Shown in pieces: positions 18,439-29,330 of a DNA stretch of 64,000 bases. A model generated the notes under the pieces. That model saw nothing but the letters and a program-made list of their open reading frames with translations, had not been told where the DNA came from and searched no databases. The DNA is taken from assembly GCA_965202665.1 (NCBI GenBank), contig OZ241841.1:960001-1024000 (forward strand), in the 5' to 3' direction. The position numbers and the translations under genes are program-made. This DNA comes from Candidatus Spongiisociaceae bacterium (GTDB lineage: Bacteria > Actinomycetota > Acidimicrobiia > Spongiisociales > Spongiisociaceae). Position 1 is the stretch's first letter; each line of letters begins with the position of its first letter.

Positions 18439-19902
18439 TTACCGCATCGGCGCATCGGCCGGGGACACCGGGGAGGGCAGGAGGGTTTCCCCCATCAGAA
18501 ACTCATCCATCGCCGCGGCCGTGCTGCGCCCTTCGGCGATGGCCCACACGATCAGCGACTGCCCGCGCCCCATGTCCCCGGCGGCGAACACCCCCGGGAC
18601 GTTGGTCTCCCAGTTGTCGTTGCGGGCCACGTTGCCCCGCTCGTCCAACTCCACCCCCAGTTGCTCCAGCAACGGCGACCGTTCCGGACCGGTGAAGCCC
18701 ATGGCCAACAACACCAGGTCAGCCGGGTATTCCCGTTCGGTGCCCGGAATTTTCTCAAAACTCATCCGGCCGTTGTTGAAAACCTGCTCCACCCGGTGGG
18801 TGCGCAAAGAAGCCACCCGGCCCGACCCGTCGTCGGTGAACTGTTCGGTGTTGATGGCGTACTCCCGCACGCCGCCCTCCTCGTGCGCCGAAGAAGTGCG
18901 GTAAATGAGCGGCCAGGTGGGCCAGGGGGTGGAATCGGGCCGCTCCTCGGGCGGACGGGGCATAATCTCAAACTGATGGACGGAGGCCGCCCCCTGGCGG
19001 TGCACGGTGCCCAGGCAGTCGGCCCCGGTGTCGCCCCCGCCGATGATGACCACCCGCTTGCCGGCCGCCGAACGGGGATGTTCCTCAAAATCCCCAAACT
19101 GCACCCGGTTGGCGTCGGGCAGAAACTCCATCGCCTGATAGACCCCCCGCAGTTCCCGGCCGGGAATGGGCAGGTCCCGCCACTGCGTCGCCCCCCCGGC
19201 CAGCGCCACCGCGTCGAACTCTTCCCGCAGCTGCTCCCCGGTGGGGTCGGTTCCCGCCTCGGCGTTCACCCGAAATTCGGTTCCCTCCTCCTCCATCTGC
19301 CGCAGCCGCCGATCCAGAAACCGCTTCTCCATTTTGAATTCGGGTATTCCGTAGCGCAGCAAACCCCCCGCCCGGTCGTCCCGTTCGAAAACGGTCACCT
19401 GATGCCCGGCCCGCGTCAACTGCTGGGCGATAGCCAGCCCGGCCGGGCCCGACCCGACCACCGCCACCCGGCGGCCGGTGGCGGCCGGCGGGGGGAGGGG
19501 AACCACCCATCCCATCTCCCACGCCTTGTCGATGATTTCCACTTCCACCTGCTTGATGGTCACCGGGTCGGAGTTGATGCCCAGCACGCAGGCCGCCTCG
19601 CAGGGGGCGGGGCAGAGCCGTCCGGTGAATTCGGGGAAATTGTTGGTGGCGTGCAACCGGTCGATGGCCTCCCGCCACCGGTCGCGGAAAACCAGGTCGT
19701 TCCAGTCCGGTATCAAATTTCCCAACGGGCATCCCTCATTGCAAAAAGGAATCCCGCAGTCCATGCAACGGGCCGCCTGCTCCCGCAACGTCTCGTCCGG
19801 GAAATCCCGGTAGACCTCCCGCCAATCCCGCAACCGCACCGGCACCGGACGGCGTCCGGGCAGGCGGCGGTCGTGTTTCAGAAACCCCCGAACGTCACCC
19901 AT
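18439..19902 (-). CDS. gltD: Glutamate synthase small (beta) subunit
   Basis: [10 protein letters not shown]...[43 protein letters not shown]. Confidence 0.96.
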   Translation of the reverse strand: MGDVRGFLKHDRRLPGRRPVPVRLRDWREVYRDFPDETLREQAARCMDCGIPFCNEGCPLGNLIPDWNDLVFRDRWREAIDRLHATNNFPEFTGRLCPAPCEAACVLGINSDPVTIKQVEVEIIDKAWEMGWVVPLPPPAATGRRVAVVGSGPAGLAIAQQLTRAGHQVTVFERDDRAGGLLRYGIPEFKMEKRFLDRRLRQMEEEGTEFRVNAEAGTDPTGEQLREEFDAVALAGGATQWRDLPIPGRELRGVYQAMEFLPDANRVQFGDFEEHPRSAAGKRVVIIGGGDTGADCLGTVHRQGAASVHQFEIMPRPPEERPDSTPWPTWPLIYRTSSAHEEGGVREYAINTEQFTDDGSGRVASLRTHRVEQVFNNGRMSFEKIPGTEREYPADLVLLAMGFTGPERSPLLEQLGVELDERGNVARNDNWETNVPGVFAAGDMGRGQSLIVWAIAEGRSTAAAMDEFLMGETLLPSPVSPADAPMR

Positions 19903-22900
19903 GGGCGGCCGCCATCACCGCTTCCAGCACCGGCTCCCCCCGCTCCTGCGCCCGGGCGGTGGCCTCCATCACCCGCTTGTAATCATCGGGCAGCACTTTC
20001 ACGAACCTGCCCAGCGCCGACTCCCAGTCCCCCAGCAACCGTTCCGCCACCGCCGAGCCGGTTTCCCGATAGTGCGCCTCCACCCGCTCCCGCAGAAACT
20101 CCCGGTCTTCTTCCTCCAGCGGGACGATGGACACCATCTCCCGGTTGAGCAAACTGGGAAAAGAACCGTCGGCGTCGTATACGTAGGCCGTTCCGCCCGA
20201 CATTCCGGCCGCGAAGTTGCGCCCGGCGCCGCCCAGGATCACCGCCCGCCCCCCGGTCATGTATTCGCAACCGTGGTCGCCCACCCCTTCCACCACCGCC
20301 GTCGCCCCCGAATTGCGCACGCAGAACCGCTCCCCCACCACCCCTCGGATAAAGGCCTCCCCGGAGGTGGCCCCGTACAGGACCACGTTGCCGGCGATGA
20401 TGTTTTCCTCGGCCACGATCGGGCAGTCCGGGGGCGGCACCACCGCGATCCGCCCCCCCGACAGGCCTTTGCCCACATAGTCGTTGGCGTCCCCGGTGAG
20501 GCGCAAAGTGACGCCCGCCGGCAGGAAAGCCCCGAAACTCATCCCGGCCGAACCGGTGAAGTTGATGTTGATGGAATCCGGGGGCAAACCCGCCCCCCCG
20601 TGCCGGCGGGTCAGATGATGGCCCAGCAACGTCCCCACCGAACGGTTCACGTTGCGGATGGGCAGATCCAGGGTGACCGGCGGCCCGCCCGCCAAAGCCC
20701 CTTCGCACAGCTGGATGAGGGTCTGGTCCAAGGCGTGTTCCAAGCCGTGATCCTGTTCCGCTACGCAGCTGCGGGGGGCGCCGGGGGGCAGTTCCGGCAC
20801 GAAAAACAGGGGGGACAGATCCAGCCCGTCCGCCTTCCAATGCTCCACCGCCTCCCGGCAGTCCAGCATCTCGGCCCGTCCGATGGCCTCCTCCAAGGTG
20901 CGGAAACCCAGTTCGGCCAGCAGTTCCCGCACTTCGGCGGCCACGAACTCCATGAAGTTGACCACGAACTCGGCTTTCCCGGCGAACCGCTCCCGCAGGG
21001 CCGGGTTCTGGGTGGCGATCCCCACCGGGCAGGTGTCCAGATGGCACACCCGCATCATTATGCAGCCCGACACCACCAGCGGGGCGGTGGCGAACCCGAA
21101 CTCGTCCGCCCCCAGCAGGGCGGCGATCACCACATCCCGTCCCGTTTTCAGCTGGCCGTCCACCTGCACCACGATCCGATCCCGCAACTCGTTCAGCAGC
21201 AAAGTCTGCTGGGTTTCGGCCAAGCCGATCTCCCACGGGCCGCCGGCGTGCTTGATGGAAGTGAGCGGCGAAGCCCCGGTGCCGCCGTCGTATCCGGAGA
21301 TGAGCACCACGTCCGACTTGGCTTTGGTGACGCCAGCCGCCACCGTCCCCACCCCCATCTGCGCCACCAGTTTCACGTGCACCCGGGCCGACGGGTTGGC
21401 GTTTTTCAAATCGTGGATGAGCTGCTTGATGTCTTCGATGGAATAAATGTCGTGGTGGGGCGGCGGGGAGATCAACCCCACCCCGGTGGTGGAATGGCGG
21501 GTGGCGGCGATCCACGGGTACACTTTGCCGCCGGGCAACTGCCCGCCCTCCCCCGGTTTGGCCCCCTGCGCCATTTTGATCTGCAGGTCGTCGGCGTTGG
21601 TCAAATACTCGGAGGTGACCCCGAACCGCCCGGAGGCCACCTGCTTGATGGCGCTGCGCCGCAAGTCGCCGTTCGGATCGGGAAGGTAGCGGTCGGCGTC
21701 CTCCCCTCCCTCCCCGGTGTTGGACTTGCCGCCCAGGCGGTTCATGGCGATGGCCAAAACCTCGTGCGACTCTTTGGAAATGGACCCGTAGGACATGGCC
21801 CCGGTGGAGAACCTTTTCACGATCTCCGAGACCGGCTCCACTTCTTCCAGTGGGACCGGCGGGCGGGCTCCGGTGCGAAACCGGAACAGGCCGCGCAGGG
21901 TGCCCAGGCGGCGCGACTGGTCGTCCACCAAACGGGAATACTCTTTGAAAATGTCGTAGCGTCCGGAGCGGGCGGAATGCTGCAGTTTGAACACCGTCTC
22001 CGGGTTGAACAGGTGGAACTCCCCTTCCCGCCGCCACTGGTAATCCCCGCCCCCGTCCAAGTCGCGGTGCGCCCGTTCCCCCGGATTGTCGGAGAAGGCC
22101 AGGCGGTGATGGCGGGCCCGTTCGGCGGCTATCACCTCCAAGCCCACCCCCCCGATGCGGCTGGCCACGCCGGTGAAATAGGGGTCGATTACCTCCGCGC
22201 CCAGCCCCACCGCTTCGAAAATCTGGGCCCCCATGTAGGAGGCTACGGTGGAAATGCCCATTTTGGACATCACTTTGAGGATTCCCTTGTGGGCGGCTTT
22301 GATGTAGTTGCGGCGGGCCTGCCCGGGGTCCATCCCGCCCAAGCCGTGCGCCCCCTGCTCGATCATCCGGTCGACGGCCTCCAAAGCCAGATAGGGGTTG
22401 ACGGCGGTGGCCCCGAAGCCCAGCAACAGGCTCAGGTGATGCACCTCCCGGGCTTCCCCGGTCTCCACCGCGATCCCCACCCGGGTGCGGCGGCGGGAAC
22501 GCACCAGATGGTGATGGACGGCGGCGGTGGCCAACAGGGCCGGAATCGGGGCCCGCTCCGGGCCCGCCCCCCGGTCGCTGAGGACTATGCACCAGGCGCC
22601 GTCGGCGATGCGCCGATCCACTTCCTTGAACACCCCTTCGATGGCTTCCCGCAGCGCCTCCCCGCCCCCGGCCGGGTCGAAATGGCATTCCACCACCGCC
22701 GCGTGCCCGTCGATCCGCTCCGACCGGTGCATGTCCAACAGGCGGGCCAACCCGTCGTTATCGATGATCGGCCCGTCCAGTTCCACCATATTGCAGGAAC
22801 GGGCGGACGGTTCAAACAGGTTGGATTCCGGCCCGATGACGGTGCGCAGCGAAGTCACCAACTCTTCGCGTATGGCGTCCAACGGGGGGTTGGTTACCTG

Positions 22901-24472
22901 GGCGAACAACTGCTTGAAATAGTCGTAGAGCAGACGGGGCCGCTCCGACAGGACCGCCAGCGGGGTGTCGGCGCCCATCGAACCCAGGGCCTCCGCCCCT
23001 TCCCGGGCCATGGGGGCCATCAGCATCTTCAACTCTTCGTGGGTGTAGCCGAACACCTGCATGCGCTGCACCGCCGGCAAAGAGTCGTCGCGCTCCGCGG
23101 AGGCGGGGGGCAGATCGTCCAGATGCGTCAACCCCCGTTGCAGCCATTCCCCGTAGGGGCGGGCGGCTGCCAACTCGGCCTTGATTTCCGGGTCGCGCAC
23201 GATGCGCCCTTTGGCCATGTCGATCAGGAACAGTTTGCCGGGCTGCAGGCGCCCTTTCTCCACGATGCGGCGCTGGGGAACATCCACCACCCCCACCTCG
23301 GAGGCCATCACCACCAGGTCGTCTTCGGTCACCCAGTAGCGGGAGGGGCGCAGGCCGTTGCGGTCCAGCACCGCCCCTATCACCCGCCCGTCGGTGAAGG
23401 CGATGGAAGCCGGCCCGTCCCAGGGTTCCATAAGGCAGGAATGGTAACGGTAGAAGTCCCGCACCTCGGGGGACATATGATGATGGTTCTCCCACGGCTC
23501 GGGGATCATCATCAACGCCGCTTGCGGCAAAGAATATCCGCCCATGTAGAGCAGTTCAAAGGCTTCGTCGAAGCCGGCGGTGTCCGAAGCCCCCGGCGTG
23601 CACACCGGGAACATCCGCTCCAAGTCGCCGGGGATCAGGTCGGTGGACAACAGGCTTTCCCGGGCCCGCATGAAGTTGCGGTTGCCGGCGATGGTGTTGA
23701 TCTCCCCGTTGTGGGCGATCATCCGGTAGGGATGGGCCAACGGCCAGGCGGGGAAAGTGTTGGTGGAGAAACGGGCGTGCACCAGGGCCAGGGCGCTTTC
23801 CAGCCGGTCGTCGTGCAAATCGGGGTAGAAGTCGGCCAACTGCGGGGTGGTCAGCATCCCCTTGTAGACCAGGGTGCGGCCCGACAAGCTGGCGAAGTAA
23901 ACCCCTTTGTGCATGGCCGACGCCCCCCCGATGGCCGCTTCGGGCAGGTCATCGTCCTCCTGCAATTCCACCTCGTGTTCGATCCTTTTGCGTATCACAT
24001 AGGCCCGCCGCTCCAGTTCCATGCCCCGGTGGGGACCGCCGTCTATGAAAACCTGGCGGACGGCGGGCATGGTGCGCCGGGAGTCCTTGCCCAAAATGGA
24101 CGGCTCCGTCGGAACTTCCCGCCATCCCAACGCGGCCAGCCCCTCTTCGCCGACTATTCGCTCCACCTCCCGCATGCCCGTCTCGCGCAGATCCTCCCGG
24201 CGGGGAAAGAAGGCGATGCCGGTGGCGTAACCGCCCTCCGCGGGGAGTTCGCAGGGCGCGGCCGTCCGCAGGAACCGGTCGGGAATTTGCAACAATATCC
24301 CCGCCCCGTCCCCGGTCTGCGGATCAACCCCGGTGGCCCCCCGGTGCTCCATATTGCACAGGGCGCTGATCCCCAAAGTCACGATCTGGTGGCTGCGCCT
24401 GCCTTTCAGGTCGGCCACGAAGTTGACCCCGCAGGAGTCGTGTTCAAATTGCGGTCGGTAAAGCCCGGTCAT
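19895..24472 (-). CDS. gltB: Glutamate synthase large (alpha) subunit
   Basis: EHDSCGV N-terminal Cys, [61 protein letters not shown]. Confidence 0.97.
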   Translation of the reverse strand: MTGLYRPQFEHDSCGVNFVADLKGRRSHQIVTLGISALCNMEHRGATGVDPQTGDGAGILLQIPDRFLRTAAPCELPAEGGYATGIAFFPRREDLRETGMREVERIVGEEGLAALGWREVPTEPSILGKDSRRTMPAVRQVFIDGGPHRGMELERRAYVIRKRIEHEVELQEDDDLPEAAIGGASAMHKGVYFASLSGRTLVYKGMLTTPQLADFYPDLHDDRLESALALVHARFSTNTFPAWPLAHPYRMIAHNGEINTIAGNRNFMRARESLLSTDLIPGDLERMFPVCTPGASDTAGFDEAFELLYMGGYSLPQAALMMIPEPWENHHHMSPEVRDFYRYHSCLMEPWDGPASIAFTDGRVIGAVLDRNGLRPSRYWVTEDDLVVMASEVGVVDVPQRRIVEKGRLQPGKLFLIDMAKGRIVRDPEIKAELAAARPYGEWLQRGLTHLDDLPPASAERDDSLPAVQRMQVFGYTHEELKMLMAPMAREGAEALGSMGADTPLAVLSERPRLLYDYFKQLFAQVTNPPLDAIREELVTSLRTVIGPESNLFEPSARSCNMVELDGPIIDNDGLARLLDMHRSERIDGHAAVVECHFDPAGGGEALREAIEGVFKEVDRRIADGAWCIVLSDRGAGPERAPIPALLATAAVHHHLVRSRRRTRVGIAVETGEAREVHHLSLLLGFGATAVNPYLALEAVDRMIEQGAHGLGGMDPGQARRNYIKAAHKGILKVMSKMGISTVASYMGAQIFEAVGLGAEVIDPYFTGVASRIGGVGLEVIAAERARHHRLAFSDNPGERAHRDLDGGGDYQWRREGEFHLFNPETVFKLQHSARSGRYDIFKEYSRLVDDQSRRLGTLRGLFRFRTGARPPVPLEEVEPVSEIVKRFSTGAMSYGSISKESHEVLAIAMNRLGGKSNTGEGGEDADRYLPDPNGDLRRSAIKQVASGRFGVTSEYLTNADDLQIKMAQGAKPGEGGQLPGGKVYPWIAATRHSTTGVGLISPPPHHDIYSIEDIKQLIHDLKNANPSARVHVKLVAQMGVGTVAAGVTKAKSDVVLISGYDGGTGASPLTSIKHAGGPWEIGLAETQQTLLLNELRDRIVVQVDGQLKTGRDVVIAALLGADEFGFATAPLVVSGCIMMRVCHLDTCPVGIATQNPALRERFAGKAEFVVNFMEFVAAEVRELLAELGFRTLEEAIGRAEMLDCREAVEHWKADGLDLSPLFFVPELPPGAPRSCVAEQDHGLEHALDQTLIQLCEGALAGGPPVTLDLPIRNVNRSVGTLLGHHLTRRHGGAGLPPDSININFTGSAGMSFGAFLPAGVTLRLTGDANDYVGKGLSGGRIAVVPPPDCPIVAEENIIAGNVVLYGATSGEAFIRGVVGERFCVRNSGATAVVEGVGDHGCEYMTGGRAVILGGAGRNFAAGMSGGTAYVYDADGSFPSLLNREMVSIVPLEEEDREFLRERVEAHYRETGSAVAERLLGDWESALGRFVKVLPDDYKRVMEATARAQERGEPVLEAVMAAAHG

Positions 24473-24560
24473 TTGTTCTCGGATTTTCTTGTTCGGCCTG
24501 AAACGGCAACCCCGCAGACCACCCCGTTAGCCTGGGGATGGTCATCAACCAGGAAAGGGC

Positions 24561-25037
24561 ATGCCCGTAATAGTAGTAGGCGCCGACGCCCCCGTGGGTG
24601 AATTGATTGTGGAGGCGGTGGCCCCGGCGGCGGCGGAGGTGAGGGCCTTCATCTCGGATGGGGAACGGGCGGACGAGTTCAAGCAACGGGGGGCCAAAGT
24701 GGCGGTGGGCGATGTTTCCGATTCTTCCCATGTGGAAGGGGCCTGCCTGCACTGTTTCTGCGCCATCCTGGTAATGGAGGCCGCCTCCGACTCCCGGGAG
24801 CGGTCCTTCGCCCCCCATGCGCGGGCGGTTTTCCAAGGATGGGGCCGGGCCATCGCCGCGGCCGGCGTCAGGCGTGCCATCTGGGTGGGGGCCCCGGCCG
24901 ACCTGGACGTTCTGCCCCAACCCGACCCGGGAAATATGGAAACCGCCCGGGTGTCCACCGACCCGGCCCACCATCCGCACCTCCGGTCCGCAGCCGGGGA
25001 GGTCGCCCGCTTGGAAGGGCTGCGCCGCCTGCCCTGA
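24561..25037 (+). CDS. Short NAD(P)-binding Rossmann-like (NmrA-like) protein
   Basis: VIVVGADAPVG...EVRAF...GAKVAVGDVSD; RBS AGGA; stop abuts the amt stop. Confidence 0.65.
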   Translation: MPVIVVGADAPVGELIVEAVAPAAAEVRAFISDGERADEFKQRGAKVAVGDVSDSSHVEGACLHCFCAILVMEAASDSRERSFAPHARAVFQGWGRAIAAAGVRRAIWVGAPADLDVLPQPDPGNMETARVSTDPAHHPHLRSAAGEVARLEGLRRLP

Positions 25038-26258
25038 CTACTGGTCGCTCTGCTCGGCGGTGATCGTCCCCCACACGTATCCGCGTTCTTCGTGCAGCGA
25101 AACGTCCAAACCGGCTACCTCATCCCCGGCAGACGCCCGCAACCCGATGGCCATGTCCACCGCCTTGGCGATCAACCAGGTGGCCGCGAAGCTGAAAACC
25201 ATCATCACCGCCGCGGCCGCGAACTGTTTCCACAGCAAGCCCGGGTTGCCGTAGAAGAGCCCCTCAACCCCGCTGGGGTGGATGGCCGGGTCGGCGAACA
25301 GGCCGAGGGCCAACGTGCCCAAAAGCCCGCCCACCAGATGCAGGCCGATCACATCCAACGCATCGTCCCAACCGAACCGGAATTTGAGATGCACCGCTTT
25401 GCAACAGACGTAACCGGCCGCCAACCCAAACAACGCCGCCGCCCCCGGTCCTACGTATCCGGCGGCGGGGGTGATGGCCACCATGCCCGCGATGGCCCCC
25501 GATACCGCCCCCAGCAAAGTCATCTGGGACGGGGTCCGCCGGTCCAGCAACTCCCCCAGCAGCCATCCCAGCAGTCCCGTAGCCCCCGCCACCTGGGTGG
25601 AAACCACCACGTTGACCGCCAGGTCGTTGGCGCCCCCCGCCGCCGCGCCGTTGAAGCCGAACCATCCGAACCAGAGTATTCCCGCCCCGATGGCGGTCAG
25701 CGGGAGAGAGTGGGGCCGGAAAGGGGTGCGGGGGAAGCCGATCCTGGGTCCCAGAACCAAAAGCGCCGCCAAGGCGGCCGCTCCCGCGTTGACATGCACC
25801 ACCAGTCCGCCCGCGAAGTCGATGGCCCCGAACTCTTCCAGCCACCCCGCCCACGACCAGCGGGCGGCCATCGGATAGACCAGAACCATCCACAAGGCGG
25901 TGAAAACCATCCATGCGGAAAACTTCATCCGCTCCGCCAAAGCCCCGGAGATAACCGGCGGGGTGATGACCACGAACATCATGTGCAGGAGCGGGTTGAG
26001 CAGTTCCTCCCCGGACAGCCCCCGCAACCCGAACCATTCCCAACCCCCGATAATTCCGCCCCCCGGTCCGAAAGCCAGGGAATGGCCGATAACCAGCCAC
26101 GCCACCGTCCCCACCGCGATCGACGAAAAACTCATCATCATGATGTTCAGCACGTTTTTGGCCCGCACCATTCCCCCGTAGAACAAAGCCAGTCCGGGGG
26201 TCATGAACAAGGCCATGGCGGTGCAGATCATCACCCAAACGACATCGCCGGTATCCAA
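25038..26258 (-). CDS. amt: Ammonium transporter (divergent paralogue)
   Basis: MTPGLALFYGG, DFAGGLVVH, LWFGWFGFN, DDALDVIGLH. TTG start with RBS GAGGAGG. Confidence 0.92.
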   Translation of the reverse strand: MDTGDVVWVMICTAMALFMTPGLALFYGGMVRAKNVLNIMMMSFSSIAVGTVAWLVIGHSLAFGPGGGIIGGWEWFGLRGLSGEELLNPLLHMMFVVITPPVISGALAERMKFSAWMVFTALWMVLVYPMAARWSWAGWLEEFGAIDFAGGLVVHVNAGAAALAALLVLGPRIGFPRTPFRPHSLPLTAIGAGILWFGWFGFNGAAAGGANDLAVNVVVSTQVAGATGLLGWLLGELLDRRTPSQMTLLGAVSGAIAGMVAITPAAGYVGPGAAALFGLAAGYVCCKAVHLKFRFGWDDALDVIGLHLVGGLLGTLALGLFADPAIHPSGVEGLFYGNPGLLWKQFAAAAVMMVFSFAATWLIAKAVDMAIGLRASAGDEVAGLDVSLHEERGYVWGTITAEQSDQ

Positions 26259-26279
26259 GACCGAACCTCCTCAGCCGTC

Positions 26280-26322
26280 AAAAAGGAGGCGGCCCGTCCC
26301 GGAGGACCGCGCCGCCTTCCTT
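26280..26322 (-). terminator. Intrinsic terminator between the PII gene and the second amt
   Basis: Minus-strand stem GGAAGGCGGC/GCCGCCTCC followed by TTTTT. Confidence 0.6.
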
Positions 26323-26358
26323 GTATTTTTCAACTCGCCGCCCGCTGGGCGGGAGGAG

Positions 26359-26745
26359 TCAGTCTCCCGACTCTTCGGACGACTCCGGCGCCGGAGCGGG
26401 CTTGGGCCGGACAACATCCATCCCGCGTTCGCCGGTGCGGATGCGCATCACATCATCCACCGGCAACACCATTATTTTGCCGTCCCCCACTTCGCCGGTG
26501 TAGGCGGAGGCGCGCAGGGCCTCCACGGTCCGTTCCAGTTCATCGTCCGAAACGAACACCTCGAACCGGTACATGGGCGTGGAGTCCGCCTCGAACTCGC
26601 GGCCCCGGTACACCTCCACCGGGCCGTGCCGCTGGCCGAACCCGCGCACCGGCGACACGCTCATGCCGGTCACGCCGCAGTCCAGCAGACCGGTCTCCAC
26701 GTCGGCGAACTTGTGGTTGCTGACATAGGCGACGATAAGTTTCAT
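26359..26745 (-). CDS. glnK: P-II family nitrogen regulator (GlnK-like, non-canonical)
   Basis: GVTGMSV, RGFG, EVYRG, TGEVGDGKI, RIRTGE; coupled to amt. Confidence 0.88.
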   Translation of the reverse strand: MKLIVAYVSNHKFADVETGLLDCGVTGMSVSPVRGFGQRHGPVEVYRGREFEADSTPMYRFEVFVSDDELERTVEALRASAYTGEVGDGKIMVLPVDDVMRIRTGERGMDVVRPKPAPAPESSEESGD

Positions 26746-27965
26746 TGGTCACCCCTCTCGGCAGTGATGGTGCCCCAAACATAGCCGCGCTCTTCGTGCA
26801 GCGACAAGTCGAGGCCTCTTGCTTCGTCGTTGGCGTCCACTCGCAGACCGACTGCGATGTCCACCACTTTGGCGATAATCCAGCTTACGACAAAGCTGAA
26901 TGCGCCAACCGCCAACACGGCCACGATCTGGTACCAGAGCAAAGCCGGGTTGCCGTAGAACATTCCGTCCTCCCCGTTGACGGAGCCGTCGGCGAACAGG
27001 CCCAGCAGGAGGGAACCGACCACTCCGCCCACCAAATGGATCCCGATCACATCCAGCGAGTCGTCCCAACCCAACTTGTATTTCAGGGCAACGCCGTGGT
27101 AGCAGACGTAACCGGCTACCAGGCCGAACACGATGGCCGCCCCCGGCCCCACGAAACCGGCCGCCGGGGTGATGGCCACCAAACCGGCCACCGCCCCCGA
27201 AGCGGCCCCCAGCATGGTCATGCGGCGCGGGGTCTGTTTGTCGTGCATCAATTCGGCGATGAACCAGCCCAGAATGCCGGTGCCCGCCCCCACCTGGGTG
27301 GAAATAAGGGCGTTGATGGCCACCCCGTCGGCGGCCAGGGCCGAACCGGCGTTGAATCCGAACCAGCCGAACCAGAGAATGCCGGTGCCGATGATCGTCA
27401 AAGGCAGCGAATGGGGGCGGAAGGGGGTTTTGGGAAAACCGATGCGCGGCCCCAGCACCATTACCACCGCCAGCGCCGCCACCCCGGCGTTGATGTGCAC
27501 CACCAAGCCGCCCGCGAAGTCGATGGCCCCCATGTCGCCGATCCAGCCCGCCCACGCCCAGTGGGTGACGAACGGGTAGACCAGGATGGACCACAGGGTG
27601 ATGAACAGCAACCAGGCTTTGAACTTCATCCGCCCGGCTACCGCGCCGGAGATGAGGGCGGGGGTGATGATGGCGAAGGTCAACTGGAACATGGCGGTTA
27701 GCAGGTCCGCTCCTTCCAGACCCCTCAACCCGAACCAGTCGAAGTCGCCGATAAACCCTCGACCGCCGTCTCCGAAGGCCAGCGTGTAACCGATGGCCAC
27801 CCAGATCACTGAAACCACGCCCATGGCTGAGAAGCTCATCATGAGCATATTCAGAACGTTTTTGGCACGTACCATCCCCCCGTAAAACAACGCCAAGCCC
27901 GGTGTCATGAACAACACCAAGGCGCTGGACGTTATTACCCAGGCAATCCCACCCGGATTATCCAT
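26742..27965 (-). CDS. amtB: Ammonium transporter AmtB
   Basis: MFQLTFAIITPALISGA, DFAGGLVVH, LWFGWFGFNAGS, DDSLDVIGIH; RBS AAGGAGG. Confidence 0.95.
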   Translation of the reverse strand: MDNPGGIAWVITSSALVLFMTPGLALFYGGMVRAKNVLNMLMMSFSAMGVVSVIWVAIGYTLAFGDGGRGFIGDFDWFGLRGLEGADLLTAMFQLTFAIITPALISGAVAGRMKFKAWLLFITLWSILVYPFVTHWAWAGWIGDMGAIDFAGGLVVHINAGVAALAVVMVLGPRIGFPKTPFRPHSLPLTIIGTGILWFGWFGFNAGSALAADGVAINALISTQVGAGTGILGWFIAELMHDKQTPRRMTMLGAASGAVAGLVAITPAAGFVGPGAAIVFGLVAGYVCYHGVALKYKLGWDDSLDVIGIHLVGGVVGSLLLGLFADGSVNGEDGMFYGNPALLWYQIVAVLAVGAFSFVVSWIIAKVVDIAVGLRVDANDEARGLDLSLHEERGYVWGTITAERGDQ

Positions 27966-28074
27966 AGCGCAACCTCCTTCAGTCGCCTAACCCCCCAAGC
28001 ATACAAAAACCGGCGGACATTCCAAAATTGAAGAAGGCGGCGGGCGACCCCCCGGCGCAGAGCCGGTTCCAAAC

Positions 28075-29226
28075 CTAGGGTTTGCGCCGCCGGATGCGCC
28101 ACCACCGGCGCCGCCCGGGGACGCGCAAGGCCTCCCCCAGGGCGGCCGGGGCGCCGGGATGGGTGGTGGCGTGGGGGGAAACCCGCAGGCAGCCGCCCCG
28201 TTCCGTAATCAAAAATCCGGCTTCGGCCAGCCGCCGGTGGGCGTCGGCCGCCGACTCCCCGGCCGGGCGGAAAGTGACTATCCCGCTGCGCTCCGCCGCC
28301 GACCGCGGCGCAACCAAAACTTCCCCCCCGGCCCGGCGCACCTGCTTGGCCACCGCCCGGGACCGTTCCAGGGCCGCCGCCTCGATGTCTTTGACGTCCG
28401 CCCCTTCCATCGCCTCCAAGGCCCCCGACAAGCCGGCGGCGGCGGTCAGGGGCGGGGTGCCCATCGCGAACCGGGCGGCGGAGGAAGCGGGGGGATGGGG
28501 GTAGGGCTCGGCGGTATCCAACGGATCTTCCACTCCCAGCCATCCGGTCAGGGTGGGTTGCAGCCGTTCCAAAGCCCGTTCGGAAACGGCCATTATCCCC
28601 ACCCCCATCCCGGCCCGCAGCCATTTGTGGCCGCCCGCCGCCACCACGTCCGCCGCCTCCCACGGCATGTCCAGGACGCCCAGGGCCTGCACCGCGTCCA
28701 CCACCACCAGCGCCTCCCCCGCCGCCTCCCGGATGCCGGCCAGGTCGCACCGGAACCCGGTGTGATAGTCCACGGCGCTGAAAGCCAGGGCGGAGACGCC
28801 GCCGTCCATGGCCTCCGCGAACAGGCCGGGCGTGATGCGGCCCTGCTGCGGGCTGATGAAACGGGTGCGGATGCGCCCCGCCTGCTCGGCCCGGGACCAG
28901 GGATAGAGGTTGCCGGGAAATTCGGCGGCGGGGACCAGAACCGTTCCCCCGGCCAAACCGAAAGCGACCGCGAACAGGCCGGCGGAGGTGTTGGCGGTCA
29001 GCGCCACCCGCTCCGGGGGGAAACCGAGCAGGGCCGCCGCCCGGCCTACGGCGGCGGACAGCATTTCCAGGGCCGCGGGCAGAAGGGGCCCATGCCGGCC
29101 CGACATGATCTCCCCCGCTTCTTCCATTCGGCGGCGGGCGGTGACCGACATGGCCCCGATGGAGGCGAAGTTCATAAAACCGAACGGCTCGTCGTATTGC
29201 TCCAAGAAGGCGGACGGCAAGTTCAT
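28075..29226 (-). CDS. PLP-dependent class V aminotransferase (cysteine desulfurase-like fold)
   Basis: MNFASIG, NTSAGL, EFPGNLYPW, VVDAVQALG, GGHKWL (PLP Lys), RSGIVTF, LRVSPH. TAGATT -10 lies 7 nt before ATG 29226. Confidence 0.85.
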   Translation of the reverse strand: MNLPSAFLEQYDEPFGFMNFASIGAMSVTARRRMEEAGEIMSGRHGPLLPAALEMLSAAVGRAAALLGFPPERVALTANTSAGLFAVAFGLAGGTVLVPAAEFPGNLYPWSRAEQAGRIRTRFISPQQGRITPGLFAEAMDGGVSALAFSAVDYHTGFRCDLAGIREAAGEALVVVDAVQALGVLDMPWEAADVVAAGGHKWLRAGMGVGIMAVSERALERLQPTLTGWLGVEDPLDTAEPYPHPPASSAARFAMGTPPLTAAAGLSGALEAMEGADVKDIEAAALERSRAVAKQVRRAGGEVLVAPRSAAERSGIVTFRPAGESAADAHRRLAEAGFLITERGGCLRVSPHATTHPGAPAALGEALRVPGRRRWWRIRRRKP

Positions 29227-29330
29227 GGCCGGAAATCTACTATCCGCGTTGTCCCGCCCGGCCTTTCCGTAGGCTGGTAGGGGCCCGCCGGGGAACATTC
29301 GCCGGGAAGCGTCTTACAGAAGGAACGGAA

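Noticed and set aside
19901-24601. 1566-aa plus-strand ORF and 901-aa alternative-frame ORF
   Set aside because: Shadows of gltB, which has unambiguous motifs. The same applies to most overlapping Arg/Gly/Pro-rich ORFs in the track.
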